Source: Corallochytrium limacisporum Hawaii
Taxonomy: Eukaryota; Protista; Pluriformea
Assembly (NCBI GenBank): GCA_002811645.1
Contig: PDIP01000051.1
Coordinates: 17,722 to 81,721, forward strand
Reading direction: 5' to 3'
DNA length: 64,000 nt
Shown here: positions 1 through 10,465 of the stretch, one piece after another
Numbering within the stretch: position 1 is the stretch's first letter
Layout: every line of letters starts with the position of its first letter
Translations under genes and position numbers: made by a program
Notes under the pieces: model-generated
Databases searched by the model: none
The model's input: the letters and a program-made list of their open reading frames with translations, nothing else
Told to the model about the DNA's origin: nothing

Positions 1-238
1 TTTTTATCCCGAATTCACCAGCCAATGACAAGGGGGATTGGATTACACCGTCTACAATGTGATCTAGATCCTCGTATTCGCCTTCAACCCCATCAAGTTT
101 GCCGGTCGCAATGTCTTCATTGGAACGTGCCTTGTCCAGTACTTGTCCCTCCGCATCCTCGAAATCAGAAGCTTCATCTTCGGCCCCACTGGGCTGATGA
201 TCAGGCTCTTCGACAGTCAACAGCTCATTGTCAGCCAT
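1..238 (-). CDS. 5' part of an unidentified gene running off the left edge (acidic N-terminus MADNELLTVEEPDHQPSGAEDEASDFEDAEG...)
   Basis: Manual translation: ATG at 238 in context AAAACAATGG, like other starts in the window. The frame stays open for 79 codons to the window edge. It is absent from the ORF track because there is no stop. Divergent from AP3D1. Confidence 0.7.
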   Translation of the reverse strand, partial: MADNELLTVEEPDHQPSGAEDEASDFEDAEGQVLDKARSNEDIATGKLDGVEGEYEDLDHIVDGVIQSPLSLAGEFGIK

Positions 239-1375
239 TGTTTTGGTGCCTATCCTTTCAAGTTCAGAGTTTACTTCGTTGCCAATATGTGGTTGACCAA
301 ATTACCGCGCACAGGTCTTGCACAGATTTTGGGTGTGACCGTGTGCGCATACGTTCAAAGTAATCGCATTTAGAAATGTCCATGGGTGTGTTTCAAATAG
401 CCCAGCTTACTTCTCCCCTTCTAACAGTTGTACACATTGTTCCCGGTCATAGGTGCGTAATCAAGCGATATCCTGGAACACATTGGACCGTACGCTTGTC
501 GGTGCTGGTGTACGGGATTGCCACTTCCCCTCCCGCCGTTTCTTGTACCGACTCGCAAACAAGGGCAGATCCGAAACTGTTTTGGGAAATAGGGGAAGGA
601 TCACTGTGTAACAGAACACCTTGGTAGGCTTGCCACAGTATTGGTGCGACAGTTGGAATGCGAGGACAGGTCTGTAGGTGCTCGATCAAGCGAAGCACCA
701 CTACCGTTCCTTTTGTCTTTCTTCTCTAGACACTTCGCTGCATTTGGATTTCCTACACCATTGAAGCAACTTGTAACTTGGCCTCCCTCTTTCGTGGAAA
801 TTAGGCCCCCATTTGTTGTTTTTCTCATATTGTCCATCAGCTGTTATCTAGGAACGAGGGCGCTCGGGTGTGTGCGCCCAAAGTTACGTGAAATCCACGG
901 ATGGTGGTACTGAATAGATCAGCCCTGTCGTGAGGGCATTGGATTTTCGCCCAGTTCGGAAATTACGAAACATGCCAGTGGCCCACTGGAGGCCCAGTGT
1001 GCCCTCTCTGCTATCGACGTATGAAGTCGGCCGGCCGGCTCGTAAATGGCTGATATGAGGCTTCCTTGGGAGCCACACAAGGAGTCGGATTAGGTGATGT
1101 TCACCATCACATTCAGGTAGATTTCTTCGTTCATTGCGTGACAGGTCTGTACGTGACTTCATCAATCATAGGGACTGATGAAGTAGGTAAATCAGCTTGG
1201 TATTTGCAGTATTTATGCCAACCGGACCAATTCTGCTCCACAAGTTCCACATAGCCGCACACCGAAGAGAGCGCGCCTGTGCACAAGCGAACAAAACGTA
1301 ATAACCATGACAGAGTGCGGGAGGAATATCATACTATAGGTAGATTATTATCAAAAACAGTCATATAGAACCACC

Positions 1376-4300
1376 ATGGCGAAGTCGCGGATCAAGAATT
1401 TGGAGCATGTCTTCGCTAAAAGCCTCAGTGACCTCATTCGGGGTTTGCGTAGCAATAAAGTTGAGGAATCGAAGTTTATTTCGGAAGCCATTGAGGAATG
1501 TCGCCAGGAGATGCGGCAAGAAAATGTTTACATTAAGGCTAACGCAATTATGAAGTTGGTGTACCTGCAAATGTTGGGCTATGACATGAGTTGGGCCAGT
1601 TTCAATGTTGTGGAAGTCATGTCAAGTACTCGGTATACCCTTAAGAGAATCGGATATTTGGCCGCAGGACAGTCATTCAACAGTCAGACAGAGGTGCTCA
1701 TGCTGACTACAAACCTCATTAAGAAAGATCTGAATTCCAATAACCCCTTGGAAGTTGGACTCGCATTGACGGGACTTAGTGAGTTCATGACACCAGATCT
1801 GGCTGCAGACTTGGCCAACGACATTAGCAACATGATGACGTCGAGTCGTCCGTACCTGCGTCGCAAAGCCACATTGCTAATGTATCAGGTCTTCTTGCAG
1901 TATCCGGACTCCCTCAGACCATTATTCCCACGTCTCAAGGACAGACTTGCAGATGAGGACCCAAGTGTACAGGCAGCTGCTGTAACAGTAATTAGCGAAC
2001 TGGGAAGGCGAAATCCGAGCAACTATCTATCTCTAGCACCGATTCTCTACGAAATGCTTCAAAATAGCAGCAACAATTGGCTTTTGATCAAGGTTGTGAA
2101 ATTGCTGACAGCGATGACCCAGGTGGAACCGCGTCTCAGCAAGAAGATTGCTGAACCTCTGACCATGCTGGTGAACACAACACCTGCCAAGTCTCTGGCC
2201 TACGAATGCATCATCGCCATCATCACCAGTGCCAACATGATTCAGTACGGGTCGGCAGTGCAGGCAGCACTGAGTAAACTGCAGGAATTTGTGGAAGACC
2301 AGGACCAAAATCTGCGGTACCTTGGGCTTTTGGCCATGAACAAGATCCTGGCACTACATCCCAAAGCGCTGTCAAACCACCGCGAGATGGTTGTGCTTTG
2401 CTTGGACTACGAAGATGAAAGCATCCGCTTACGGGCACTGGACCTGCTGGTGGGTATGGCTACGCCGAAGAATCTGCAGGCCACAGTAAAGAAGCTCGTG
2501 TTGCACCTAAAGGCCGCACCAAATGGAGGGCAAGCATACCGGGACAAAGTCGCCCGAAAGATTGTGGAAATGTGCTCGCTGGAAAGCTACAAGAACGTGA
2601 CTAATTTTGAAGTTTATCTGGCCGTACTGGTGGAACTCTCCCATGTGGAAGGTACCATGCTTGGAACTTTACTGGCATCCCAAATGTTGGATGTCACTGT
2701 TCGCGTCTCAGGGCTCCGCGCCTTTAGTGCTGAACTTATGGCGGACAATGTTTTGCGAGACGACAACTTACTGCTGAGCATACCAGGAAGTGCATGCGAA
2801 GTACTAGGATCCGCGGCTTTCATTGTGGGTGAGTACTGTTCAAAGCTGCCTGACCTTGACGTGGTCGTGCGGTCCCTGCTGCGAATTGGATGCACTATCC
2901 TCCCTCCGTCCATTCAGTCTATGCATGTGCTGGCAGCCATGAAGATCTACGCCGCTATCTGTGATCGATTGAGTTCACGTCAGGGATTGGCCAAGATGCC
3001 AGAGGCCAAAGAAGATGGAATTGTGCCTGAAAACGACGACGAAGAGGAGGACGACGAAGAGGAAATCATTGAGGGCTCTCTGCTGGATATTGACGATGAA
3101 GAATGCTGGACGCTTCTGTATGCCTTAGAGGGCTTGATTCTGGAGCATCTGCCTGCTTTCACTTCTCAAGGTGATCTTGAGGTGCAAGAGAGGGCCATGT
3201 TCCTCCAGCAGCTTGTGTCTATGAACCAGGAACTCCGAGCCAATGTGCCACAAGGAGACAAGGAACGTCTCTGCATTATTCTTGGATCCGTTTCTTCTCT
3301 GTTTGTTGGAGAGCTTAGGCCTGTGAATGCGAAGGCCCAGCGCAAGGTTGTGGTCCCAGAAGGACTAGATCTGGACGCGTGGATCGGAGAGCCATTTGAA
3401 TCGCCGCACCGCATGGGTGCCATGAGTATTGATGAGGACGATGGCTGGGACATTAACGAACTCATCGGAGGCAAGAAGAAGGGAAAGAAGAAAAAAGGGG
3501 ATAAAAAACGGACGAAGGAGGAAAGGGCTGAGCGGCGACGGCGGCGCGCGGCAGAGAAGGCAGCCAGTCCGTACTTTTTGGATACCGGAGATAACACACA
3601 GGCGGGTGCATTCCCCGACATTGACAGTGTTCCTGTGGAGACTTTGGATCTCGACATGGACCTCCAAGTCAATGATGCTCAGCAGGAGGAAGGTAAGCGC
3701 CGCAAGAAAAAGAAAGAACCGACCTTATTGTTTGAGCAAGTCGCGGCCAAGAGCAAGAACAAGAAAGCAAAGGCAAGGAAAGCCAAGCGTGTTCTTGTTG
3801 ATGACGATATGCCTGAGGGAGCACAGCTCAGTGATGATGAGGAAAAGAAGCTCGCCGGGGCCCAGAAAGACTCTCGATTTGCGGCACTTGATCAGAACCT
3901 AGACGAGCCCTTAAACACCGCCGCGCAGCGCTTGCCGACCCGGGCCCACCGTAGCGACACGCTACCCATGCCGGAACCAATCAATTCCCTGGCATCGGTG
4001 GTGCCGCAAGCCGAAGCAGACGATGTTGCTGCCAACTACCTCGGTGGAAAACCAAAGAAGTCGAAAAAGAAAGCAACCGCGGGAACCACAGGGGATCCCG
4101 CAGAGAAGAAAAAGAAAAAGAAGGAGAAGGAGAGGGAGAAGGCTGGGGTTGGCACAGACAAGTCAAAGCGCAAGAAAAAGACCAAAGCAGGAGCACTGCA
4201 GCGCAAGACTTCTTTGTCCTCCAACCTTCGTCGAGAGATTCACGCCCAGCAGCAGATAAGGGCTGATGACCACGGCATTGAGGGCGCCTTTGACTGGACG

Positions 4301-5050
4301 CTATGCTTTGATGTGCAGACTGTGCCTGAGGAAGGCGTGGACACTAGTGCGAATCAGTTCCGTGGACCCTTGGACCTGTCCGTGCGTGTTCGCCTGAGCG
4401 AGAACAGCCCAATTATCGTGAAGCAAATGCGCGTTTTTCTAGATCAGCCGGAAGCAGCTGGCAACGCTCTTGGTTTCACTTTGGAGGGCCCCGCTGTAGA
4501 AGATGAATTGTCCCAGGTGATTACGGATAACAGTGGTGAAATTGACACAACCATCACGCTGATCAGCCCTGGTGCCGGAGCGGAGCATTCCGATCAGCAC
4601 CTCGCCGCAGCGACCTCGATTCCGGCGAAACTTCAACTTACGACCGTCGAGGGAGAGACAAGATCCATTCAATTCTCTATGAAGATTTCCCTGTCGCAGC
4701 TTACAGTGGCCAAACCATGCAATCCTGAAGAGTTTATCAGCGTCATGAGTGCAAAGCATTTTCTCACTAAGGTCGAACGGCTACGCCACGCAACAGGGAA
4801 GTCCTACGTTGAGGTGCGCCATTTCCTGCAGTCTATGGCGGGATTTGCACTAGTAGAGGATGTGGGCACCAGCTGCTCTATGTATGCCCGGACCTTTGAC
4901 GGCCGCCACGTCTGTCTATTGCTTAAGGATGTGACTTTGGAGAACGGAGCGCACCAACCCAGTGTCACAATCGATGTTAAGGCGACTTCCCGATCCCTGG
5001 CTAAAGGTTTGCTTGAAGCACTCAAGCACGATGCAGGCCTACGGACTTAA
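1376..5050 (+). CDS. AP3D1: AP-3 adaptor complex subunit delta
   Basis: Adaptin N-terminal trunk (KSLSDLIRGLR, YLQMLGYDMSWASFNVVEVMSS, KRIGYLAA, DQNLRYLGL), GELRPVNAKAQRKVVVPEGLDLDAWI motif, K/E-rich hinge and C-terminal ear. Start context ACCACCATGG. Confidence 0.97.
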   Translation: MAKSRIKNLEHVFAKSLSDLIRGLRSNKVEESKFISEAIEECRQEMRQENVYIKANAIMKLVYLQMLGYDMSWASFNVVEVMSSTRYTLKRIGYLAAGQSFNSQTEVLMLTTNLIKKDLNSNNPLEVGLALTGLSEFMTPDLAADLANDISNMMTSSRPYLRRKATLLMYQVFLQYPDSLRPLFPRLKDRLADEDPSVQAAAVTVISELGRRNPSNYLSLAPILYEMLQNSSNNWLLIKVVKLLTAMTQVEPRLSKKIAEPLTMLVNTTPAKSLAYECIIAIITSANMIQYGSAVQAALSKLQEFVEDQDQNLRYLGLLAMNKILALHPKALSNHREMVVLCLDYEDESIRLRALDLLVGMATPKNLQATVKKLVLHLKAAPNGGQAYRDKVARKIVEMCSLESYKNVTNFEVYLAVLVELSHVEGTMLGTLLASQMLDVTVRVSGLRAFSAELMADNVLRDDNLLLSIPGSACEVLGSAAFIVGEYCSKLPDLDVVVRSLLRIGCTILPPSIQSMHVLAAMKIYAAICDRLSSRQGLAKMPEAKEDGIVPENDDEEEDDEEEIIEGSLLDIDDEECWTLLYALEGLILEHLPAFTSQGDLEVQERAMFLQQLVSMNQELRANVPQGDKERLCIILGSVSSLFVGELRPVNAKAQRKVVVPEGLDLDAWIGEPFESPHRMGAMSIDEDDGWDINELIGGKKKGKKKKGDKKRTKEERAERRRRRAAEKAASPYFLDTGDNTQAGAFPDIDSVPVETLDLDMDLQVNDAQQEEGKRRKKKKEPTLLFEQVAAKSKNKKAKARKAKRVLVDDDMPEGAQLSDDEEKKLAGAQKDSRFAALDQNLDEPLNTAAQRLPTRAHRSDTLPMPEPINSLASVVPQAEADDVAANYLGGKPKKSKKKATAGTTGDPAEKKKKKKEKEREKAGVGTDKSKRKKKTKAGALQRKTSLSSNLRREIHAQQQIRADDHGIEGAFDWTLCFDVQTVPEEGVDTSANQFRGPLDLSVRVRLSENSPIIVKQMRVFLDQPEAAGNALGFTLEGPAVEDELSQVITDNSGEIDTTITLISPGAGAEHSDQHLAAATSIPAKLQLTTVEGETRSIQFSMKISLSQLTVAKPCNPEEFISVMSAKHFLTKVERLRHATGKSYVEVRHFLQSMAGFALVEDVGTSCSMYARTFDGRHVCLLLKDVTLENGAHQPSVTIDVKATSRSLAKGLLEALKHDAGLRT

Positions 5051-5453
5051 ATCGGTCTTGTCTATCACGTATTTTGCTACTTTGATTATATTTGGATATA
5101 CTTTGAATGTGTAGAAAGCCTTTGACTGACCAAGCTTGCTTGATTCCATACTCTCTACACTAGGGGCCCAGCCTTCCCTGCATAGGATTCTTACCTATTT
5201 TCTCCCTCGCAAGCGGCTGTTGGTTTTTGTCACTCTTCCTCTGCCAGACTCGCTGTCTTGGCTGTTCTGTGCATTCTTAATACGATGGTGAGGGACAATT
5301 GTATGCACAGGTATCTGTTCGAAAGTACAAATTCGTGTGATCCTGGGGATGAAACAGAGTACTGATAAAGAGAGCGAACTTTCTGTACTTGATCACCTGT
5401 CGGTGATTGACAGGTTTACAGTGTTGTCCTATCTGAGCCAGAGCGAACTAACA

Positions 5454-6812
5454 ATGCTGCGGTACTGGCCAACTACGGCCTTGGCTACAACCAGTCGCGG
5501 CAGCAGCTGTGGTGCTGCTCGACGTCTGTTCAGTACGTCCACTACAATGACCCCACGAGTGAAACCTCGGGCTGTGGTGCTTGGGTCCGGCTGGGCAGGC
5601 TTTCGTGCATCCGCGGATCTTGACTCAAACAAGTACGACGTCACCCTGATCAGCCCACGGAATCATTTTCTCTTCACTCCACTGCTCCCCAGCACTTCAA
5701 CTGGTACGCTCGAGTTCCGTGCCATCGCTGAACCAGTCCGTCAGACTTTACAGAACCCCGGATCCTACCAGCGAGCCTATGCCGTCGGGATTGACCCGGA
5801 ACGCAAGATTGTGCGCTGCTCCGGATGGCGTGACGGGGAAGATCGGATAGAGTACGACACTCCGTTTGATAAATTGGTTATTGCCGTTGGTGCTCGTTCG
5901 AACACATTCAATATTCCGGGCGTATCGGAGCATGCGCACTTCTTGAAGGAACTAGCCCATGCACGAGCCATCCGCCGCCACTTAATCGAAAACTTCGAAT
6001 CGGCGGCTTTGCCGTGCACAACCGAGAAAGACAAAAAGCGCCTGTTGCACTTTGTTGTTGTTGGCGCGGGTCCGACGGGAATTGAATTTGCTGCCGAATT
6101 GAACGATTTTGTGAAGCAGGACCTGGATCGTGTGTTTCCGAACCTCAAGCAGTACCTCAAGATTACTGTGGTGGAGGCGGGAAAGCAAGTGCTTGCGCAA
6201 TTCAGTGATGGTCTCGTGAACTACACGTTGAAGCATTTCCAGCGACAGGATATTGAGGTGCGCCTTGGGACCGCGGTCACTGAAGTGAGGAAGGATCAGA
6301 TCTTGCTCAACACCGGTGAGGTCCTCAACTACGGTCTGTGCGTGTGGAGTACAGGGTTGGAACCCAGGCCGGTCATTGGCCGTCTGGACTGGGAGAAGGA
6401 TCGAGTGGGCCGGCTGGTCACGGACAACAAGTGTCGCGTTTTGGAGCACCCGGACGTGTACGCGATCGGAGACTGTGCGGTGATTCAAGGTTATGATCTG
6501 CCCCCTACTGCACAGGTGGCAGAGGCAAAAGCGATCTATGTCGCGAAGAGCCTGAACAAACTGGTCGACGGCCAACCCCAGAACCAGATTCAGGCATTTG
6601 AGCACTCGAACCGGGGTATGATGGCCTATATCGGGGACTACCGAGGTTTAGCAGACCTTGGTGATACGGGGGTGAAGGCGAGTGGTCCGGCGGCGTGGTT
6701 CCTGTGGCGGGCTGCGTACTTCACTAAGCAAGTCAGCATCAGGAATAAGATCCTGATTCCTTTCCAGTGGTTTAAGACCTTTGTTTTTGGACGGGACGTG
6801 TCTCGCTTCTAG
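5454..6812 (+). CDS. Type II (alternative, rotenone-insensitive) mitochondrial NADH dehydrogenase, NDH-2 family
   Basis: Two Rossmann motifs (VVLGSGWAG; VVVGAGPTGIEFAAE), FLFTPLLPS, AIGDC, and C-terminal WRAAY...FGRDVSRF. ATG 5454 begins an Arg/Ser/Thr-rich presequence. The ORF track starts at a GTG at 5337, and an in-frame ATG also exists at 5349. Confidence 0.93.
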   Translation: MLRYWPTTALATTSRGSSCGAARRLFSTSTTMTPRVKPRAVVLGSGWAGFRASADLDSNKYDVTLISPRNHFLFTPLLPSTSTGTLEFRAIAEPVRQTLQNPGSYQRAYAVGIDPERKIVRCSGWRDGEDRIEYDTPFDKLVIAVGARSNTFNIPGVSEHAHFLKELAHARAIRRHLIENFESAALPCTTEKDKKRLLHFVVVGAGPTGIEFAAELNDFVKQDLDRVFPNLKQYLKITVVEAGKQVLAQFSDGLVNYTLKHFQRQDIEVRLGTAVTEVRKDQILLNTGEVLNYGLCVWSTGLEPRPVIGRLDWEKDRVGRLVTDNKCRVLEHPDVYAIGDCAVIQGYDLPPTAQVAEAKAIYVAKSLNKLVDGQPQNQIQAFEHSNRGMMAYIGDYRGLADLGDTGVKASGPAAWFLWRAAYFTKQVSIRNKILIPFQWFKTFVFGRDVSRF

Positions 6813-6971
6813 AAGATACTTAAGCATGGCCCTTGGCTTTTGTTCTGTCTTCCCTAGTCTTTCCGTTGTCTCTAGACCTTGGGCGCCTGCCCACAGACCC
6901 AAACTCTAAACTCCTGTATAGTAGTAGATTAGGAATAATGTTGGATAAAGTTTAATTTGTGCTTTCCTGAA

Positions 6972-7499
6972 TTAAGGTGTCTTGAGCGTGACCAGCAGCT
7001 GACGCATGGCCTCAATGGATGCCCCACAGATCTCATCTTTGAACTCATAAGCCGCCATGCCACCCGCTTCCTCGCTCCCACTTGATGTTCGTGCCTCTTT
7101 CTTCTTCCAAACGTAGAGTGTGGGCACTATGCGGAGATCTTCAGAATTCATAAGCCGCTTGATCTCATCCACAGCCACTGTCCGAAATACTATAAAGCGG
7201 TCCTTTTCCTTCGTCTGTGCGCTCTCAAATTCTTCGAAAAGTGCTGGAAGGTCATCATATAAGGACTGCGACGCTTGACACCAGGTGGCATAAAACAACA
7301 CTGCGATGTACTGTGGCTGACAAGCAGATGTTTTCAACGGTTTGTTGTTGGGATCTGTGTTTTCTGCATCCATGAATTGACTGGCACTAAGCAGCTGACG
7401 ATAGTCACCTTCATCCTCAAGGCTACGCTTTCTGATGCATGCAGGTACCACATGCTGGACGTTGGTCAGGTCTCGTTTTGTCGGGAAGGTACTGGGCAT
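6972..7499 (-). CDS. Thioredoxin-like protein with monothiol WCQAS (CxxS) site
   Basis: AVLFYATWCQAS, FRTVAVDE, IVPTLYVWK (cis-Pro loop) and EICGAS match the Trx fold. Start context CACAACATG. Confidence 0.8.
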   Translation of the reverse strand: MPSTFPTKRDLTNVQHVVPACIRKRSLEDEGDYRQLLSASQFMDAENTDPNNKPLKTSACQPQYIAVLFYATWCQASQSLYDDLPALFEEFESAQTKEKDRFIVFRTVAVDEIKRLMNSEDLRIVPTLYVWKKKEARTSSGSEEAGGMAAYEFKDEICGASIEAMRQLLVTLKTP

Positions 7500-8469
7500 G
7501 TTGTGATTCTCTCATTAAATTATATATTCTTCCCGAGTGACCTGGGCAACACTGGTACTTAGATCTATTGACAAGCCTACACTGTGTTCAAGTACCTCTG
7601 CCGGTCTCTCTCATCCGCCTTCAGATTTTAACTGCCGCAAGCCACTTTCGCGCCTTCCTTCCGGTTTCCCCCCCCCGGGGGGGGGGGTAACTGCTGTGGA
7701 GAACCCCGCCTCCAAAATCAGGAGCAAAGAATCAGACCACCGACCGTCAAGCTCATACTCTACTGGGCATTCCCAACCGCTCGCCTGCACTCGGATTAAC
7801 CCCCAGGACCCCTCCCCCACAGTCGTGCGCATAGAGAGCCCGACTTCGTGCACTGTGAGAATCACCCAAATCGACCACAGTACATACATGGCCCATTGAG
7901 CAATCAATCGGTCTCGAGGGCCCAATTTTTACTTTTGATTCCCTCTCCCGGGGCCCGGGGTAGATCCTGGTGTCCGCGGCAAAGTCTGGCTGTGCTGGTT
8001 GCGTGCGTGTGTATGTGCCCAGTCCCGGGGAAAAGGTGGGGGGAGGGAGTGGATCCGTCGTTGGCAACCTTCAAGAGTTGCGGTGGTCTGAGTACTGAAT
8101 ACACTGCATTCGAACGTGTTGGCGAGCGAGGAAGGGGAAAGGCACGTCCTGTGGAACCGGTGTGTCTCTGTGACACTGAGTACCGTGGCAGCAAGCGAAA
8201 CATTAAACGTTGCGGAGTGAAATCCGTACCCAGCGAGACAGAATGGTACATCAGTTGATAATAACGTTTATGAGGTATCCTTAGAGAACGACAGGACATT
8301 GAGATTTTACTCGGCCTAGCTTTCGCTGCCCATATCTGTAGACATCAGTTTTAGTCCCACTATGGACATCGGAGACTGAGTAGAACAAAAGTATTCAATT
8401 GGATAAAGTCTATGCATAGATTGTAAATGTAGTCAGAAGATGTCTGGACGGATACAGGTAGAGATAACC

Positions 8470-8740
8470 ATGGCCACAAGCTTCGCCCAAGCACCAGCAT
8501 TCTTTCCCCCGTTTGAAAACGAGGAGAATCGCAGCCTCAATGCGAAACTTCAGGAACATGCAGGCCTCTTACGACGCCAGGAAGCTGAGCTTGAGGATCA
8601 TGAGGCCCGTGCTTGAGCTCATTTTAAAAGTTGAGGCGCTCAGTGCGGAATTGCAGAGGTCTAAGCATCTGATGGACTAGGAAGCCACGGAAACTGCACA
8701 TTGAAGGTAAATAATAAAGAGACGGCTGGAACGTTACAAT
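8470..8740 (+). pseudogene. Probable CCDC39 (axonemal ruler, FAP59) N-terminal remnant with stops and a frameshift
   Basis: ATG 8470 in context ATAACCATGG. Translation PPFENEENRSLNAKLQ...EAELEDHEARA*AHFKS* continues in the +1 frame as SAELQRSKHLMD*EATETAH*R*IIKRRLER. This is colinear with the CCDC39 N-terminus as recalled (PVANEENKLL...DELREYEER...SHFKN...ESEEHFKAIAQRELGR). Confidence 0.55.
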
Positions 8741-8869
8741 TGGTGGTGATATAATACTTTTTATGTAATGAGATGAATTTACAATAAGTTGAGGAGTGTG
8801 TCGTTCACACCGTGCAACATCTAAAGAGTCAAACGCAATGATGACAAAAGCTACGATTCTCTAACTCAT

Positions 8870-10465
8870 TCAAGGTGACTGCATGGCCTCAGGAGCGGTA
8901 CCAGCAGCACCACCGGCAGATTCCATTCCAGTCGCGGCCGCGTCGGTACCGTTCCACTGGGCATAGGTGCGCCTGAACTTGTCATCAATGGATGCAAGGT
9001 AGTATGTACCCGGGAAGAAATGGTCCACTGACGCCCGCGGGTGGTAGTCCTTGGCATTGTGGATTTCGGCCCGCTGCTTCATGGTCGCGGCGAAGTCCTC
9101 AGGCGGCACAACCTGGCGGCTCTGCATACGCGGGGCCATGTCGGCGATTTGTTCCTTGAGTGCGTGGAGCGCAGTGTCAGCATCGTCACGAACAACGAAA
9201 GAGAACATGGAGGCCGCAGCGCCGCTGCCATAGCTGAAGGCAATCACTCGCTTACTCTTGAGCTGCTCGCTGTCCACACCCTGCAGAAGGCTGGCCAGGG
9301 CACCGTAGACGGAGGCCGTGTACATATTGCCGCACATCTTGCCCATGAGTTCGCTGGGGCCGACCTTCGCCGCAAATGGTTTCTTGGCATGGGCCATGAA
9401 AGCCTTCTCCAGGGCACGGTCAAAGTAGGTCTGCGGCCGTGCCATTTCCTTGTATTGCGCAACTTCGGCTTCGTTGGCCCGAATGCTCTCGGACGGGTGG
9501 CCGCTCACATAGTCAAGGTAATGCAGGCGTCCAAAGGACTTCTGTACCAGCTTGTTGTACGGAGTATGGAAGACAAAGTAGTCACCGTAATCGAGGAGAC
9601 CGCCTTCTTGCGTGCCCTTGGTTGCTGCAGTCTGCTCCTTGACTTCCTTGGCCCGTGTGTAACCTTCGTAACAATTGTCCAGGGCGCGCAGATAGCATTC
9701 CACGCTCAGCTTTCCGTCCACGGTCGGGTACTCAGAGTGCAAGTCAGGCTTGTAGAAATCGTAGGCGTGGTCCATGTAGGTTCCCCTCAATCCACGCTCC
9801 ATGACCAGAGGCGCATTCGGACCGATCAGCATTGCAACCGCACCAGCACCTCCCGTGGGGCGTGCGTTGCCTTCTGCGTAGACCGCAATATCTGCCGCCA
9901 CAACAAGTGCATACCGTCCATCCCAGTAGCTAGATTCGATCCACTGCACAGCGTTGAACAGCGCACTGGTGCCGCCGTAGCATGCGTTGGTGGTGTCAAT
10001 GCCTTCGATCGAGTTGTTGCCAGCCTGGCTGAAAAGGGACATAAGCACAGTCTTGACACTCTTGCTCTTGTCAATGATGGTCTCCGTGCCGACCTCCAGA
10101 CGGCCAATGTCTTGCTTGCTCACGCCCGTCTTCTTCAGCAGCTTCTCTACCACAGTCATGCAGATGGAGTTAATGTCTTCGCGGTCGGAGCAGAAGGCCA
10201 TGGTGGTCTGGCCCAAGCCAATGGTGTACTTGCCCTCGGCGACTCCGTCAAACTTTTCCAGCGCGGTCTGGTCGACACAGGTGGCGGGGAAGTAGACATC
10301 CATGCCCAGGATGCCGACATTGTCGGGACGGCCTCCGTCAATGTTTGGGTAGTTCACAGTGGTGTTGGCAGGAGGAATCGACATGATATTGTTGCTGGTG
10401 CTGTTCACGGCGGCAGTAGGTGCGTTGGCCTCATTGGCATCCATGGAAATCTGGATGGGACTCAT
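8870..10465 (-). CDS. HMGCS1: Hydroxymethylglutaryl-CoA synthase (cytosolic type, ERG13/HMGCS1)
   Basis: GKYTIGLGQ, GRLEVGTETIIDKSKSVKT, catalytic NACYGGT, ARPTGGAGAVA, FHTPY, GNMYTASVYG, FSYGSG. First ATG 10465, alternative 10444. Confidence 0.97.
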   Translation of the reverse strand: MSPIQISMDANEANAPTAAVNSTSNNIMSIPPANTTVNYPNIDGGRPDNVGILGMDVYFPATCVDQTALEKFDGVAEGKYTIGLGQTTMAFCSDREDINSICMTVVEKLLKKTGVSKQDIGRLEVGTETIIDKSKSVKTVLMSLFSQAGNNSIEGIDTTNACYGGTSALFNAVQWIESSYWDGRYALVVAADIAVYAEGNARPTGGAGAVAMLIGPNAPLVMERGLRGTYMDHAYDFYKPDLHSEYPTVDGKLSVECYLRALDNCYEGYTRAKEVKEQTAATKGTQEGGLLDYGDYFVFHTPYNKLVQKSFGRLHYLDYVSGHPSESIRANEAEVAQYKEMARPQTYFDRALEKAFMAHAKKPFAAKVGPSELMGKMCGNMYTASVYGALASLLQGVDSEQLKSKRVIAFSYGSGAAASMFSFVVRDDADTALHALKEQIADMAPRMQSRQVVPPEDFAATMKQRAEIHNAKDYHPRASVDHFFPGTYYLASIDDKFRRTYAQWNGTDAAATGMESAGGAAGTAPEAMQSP

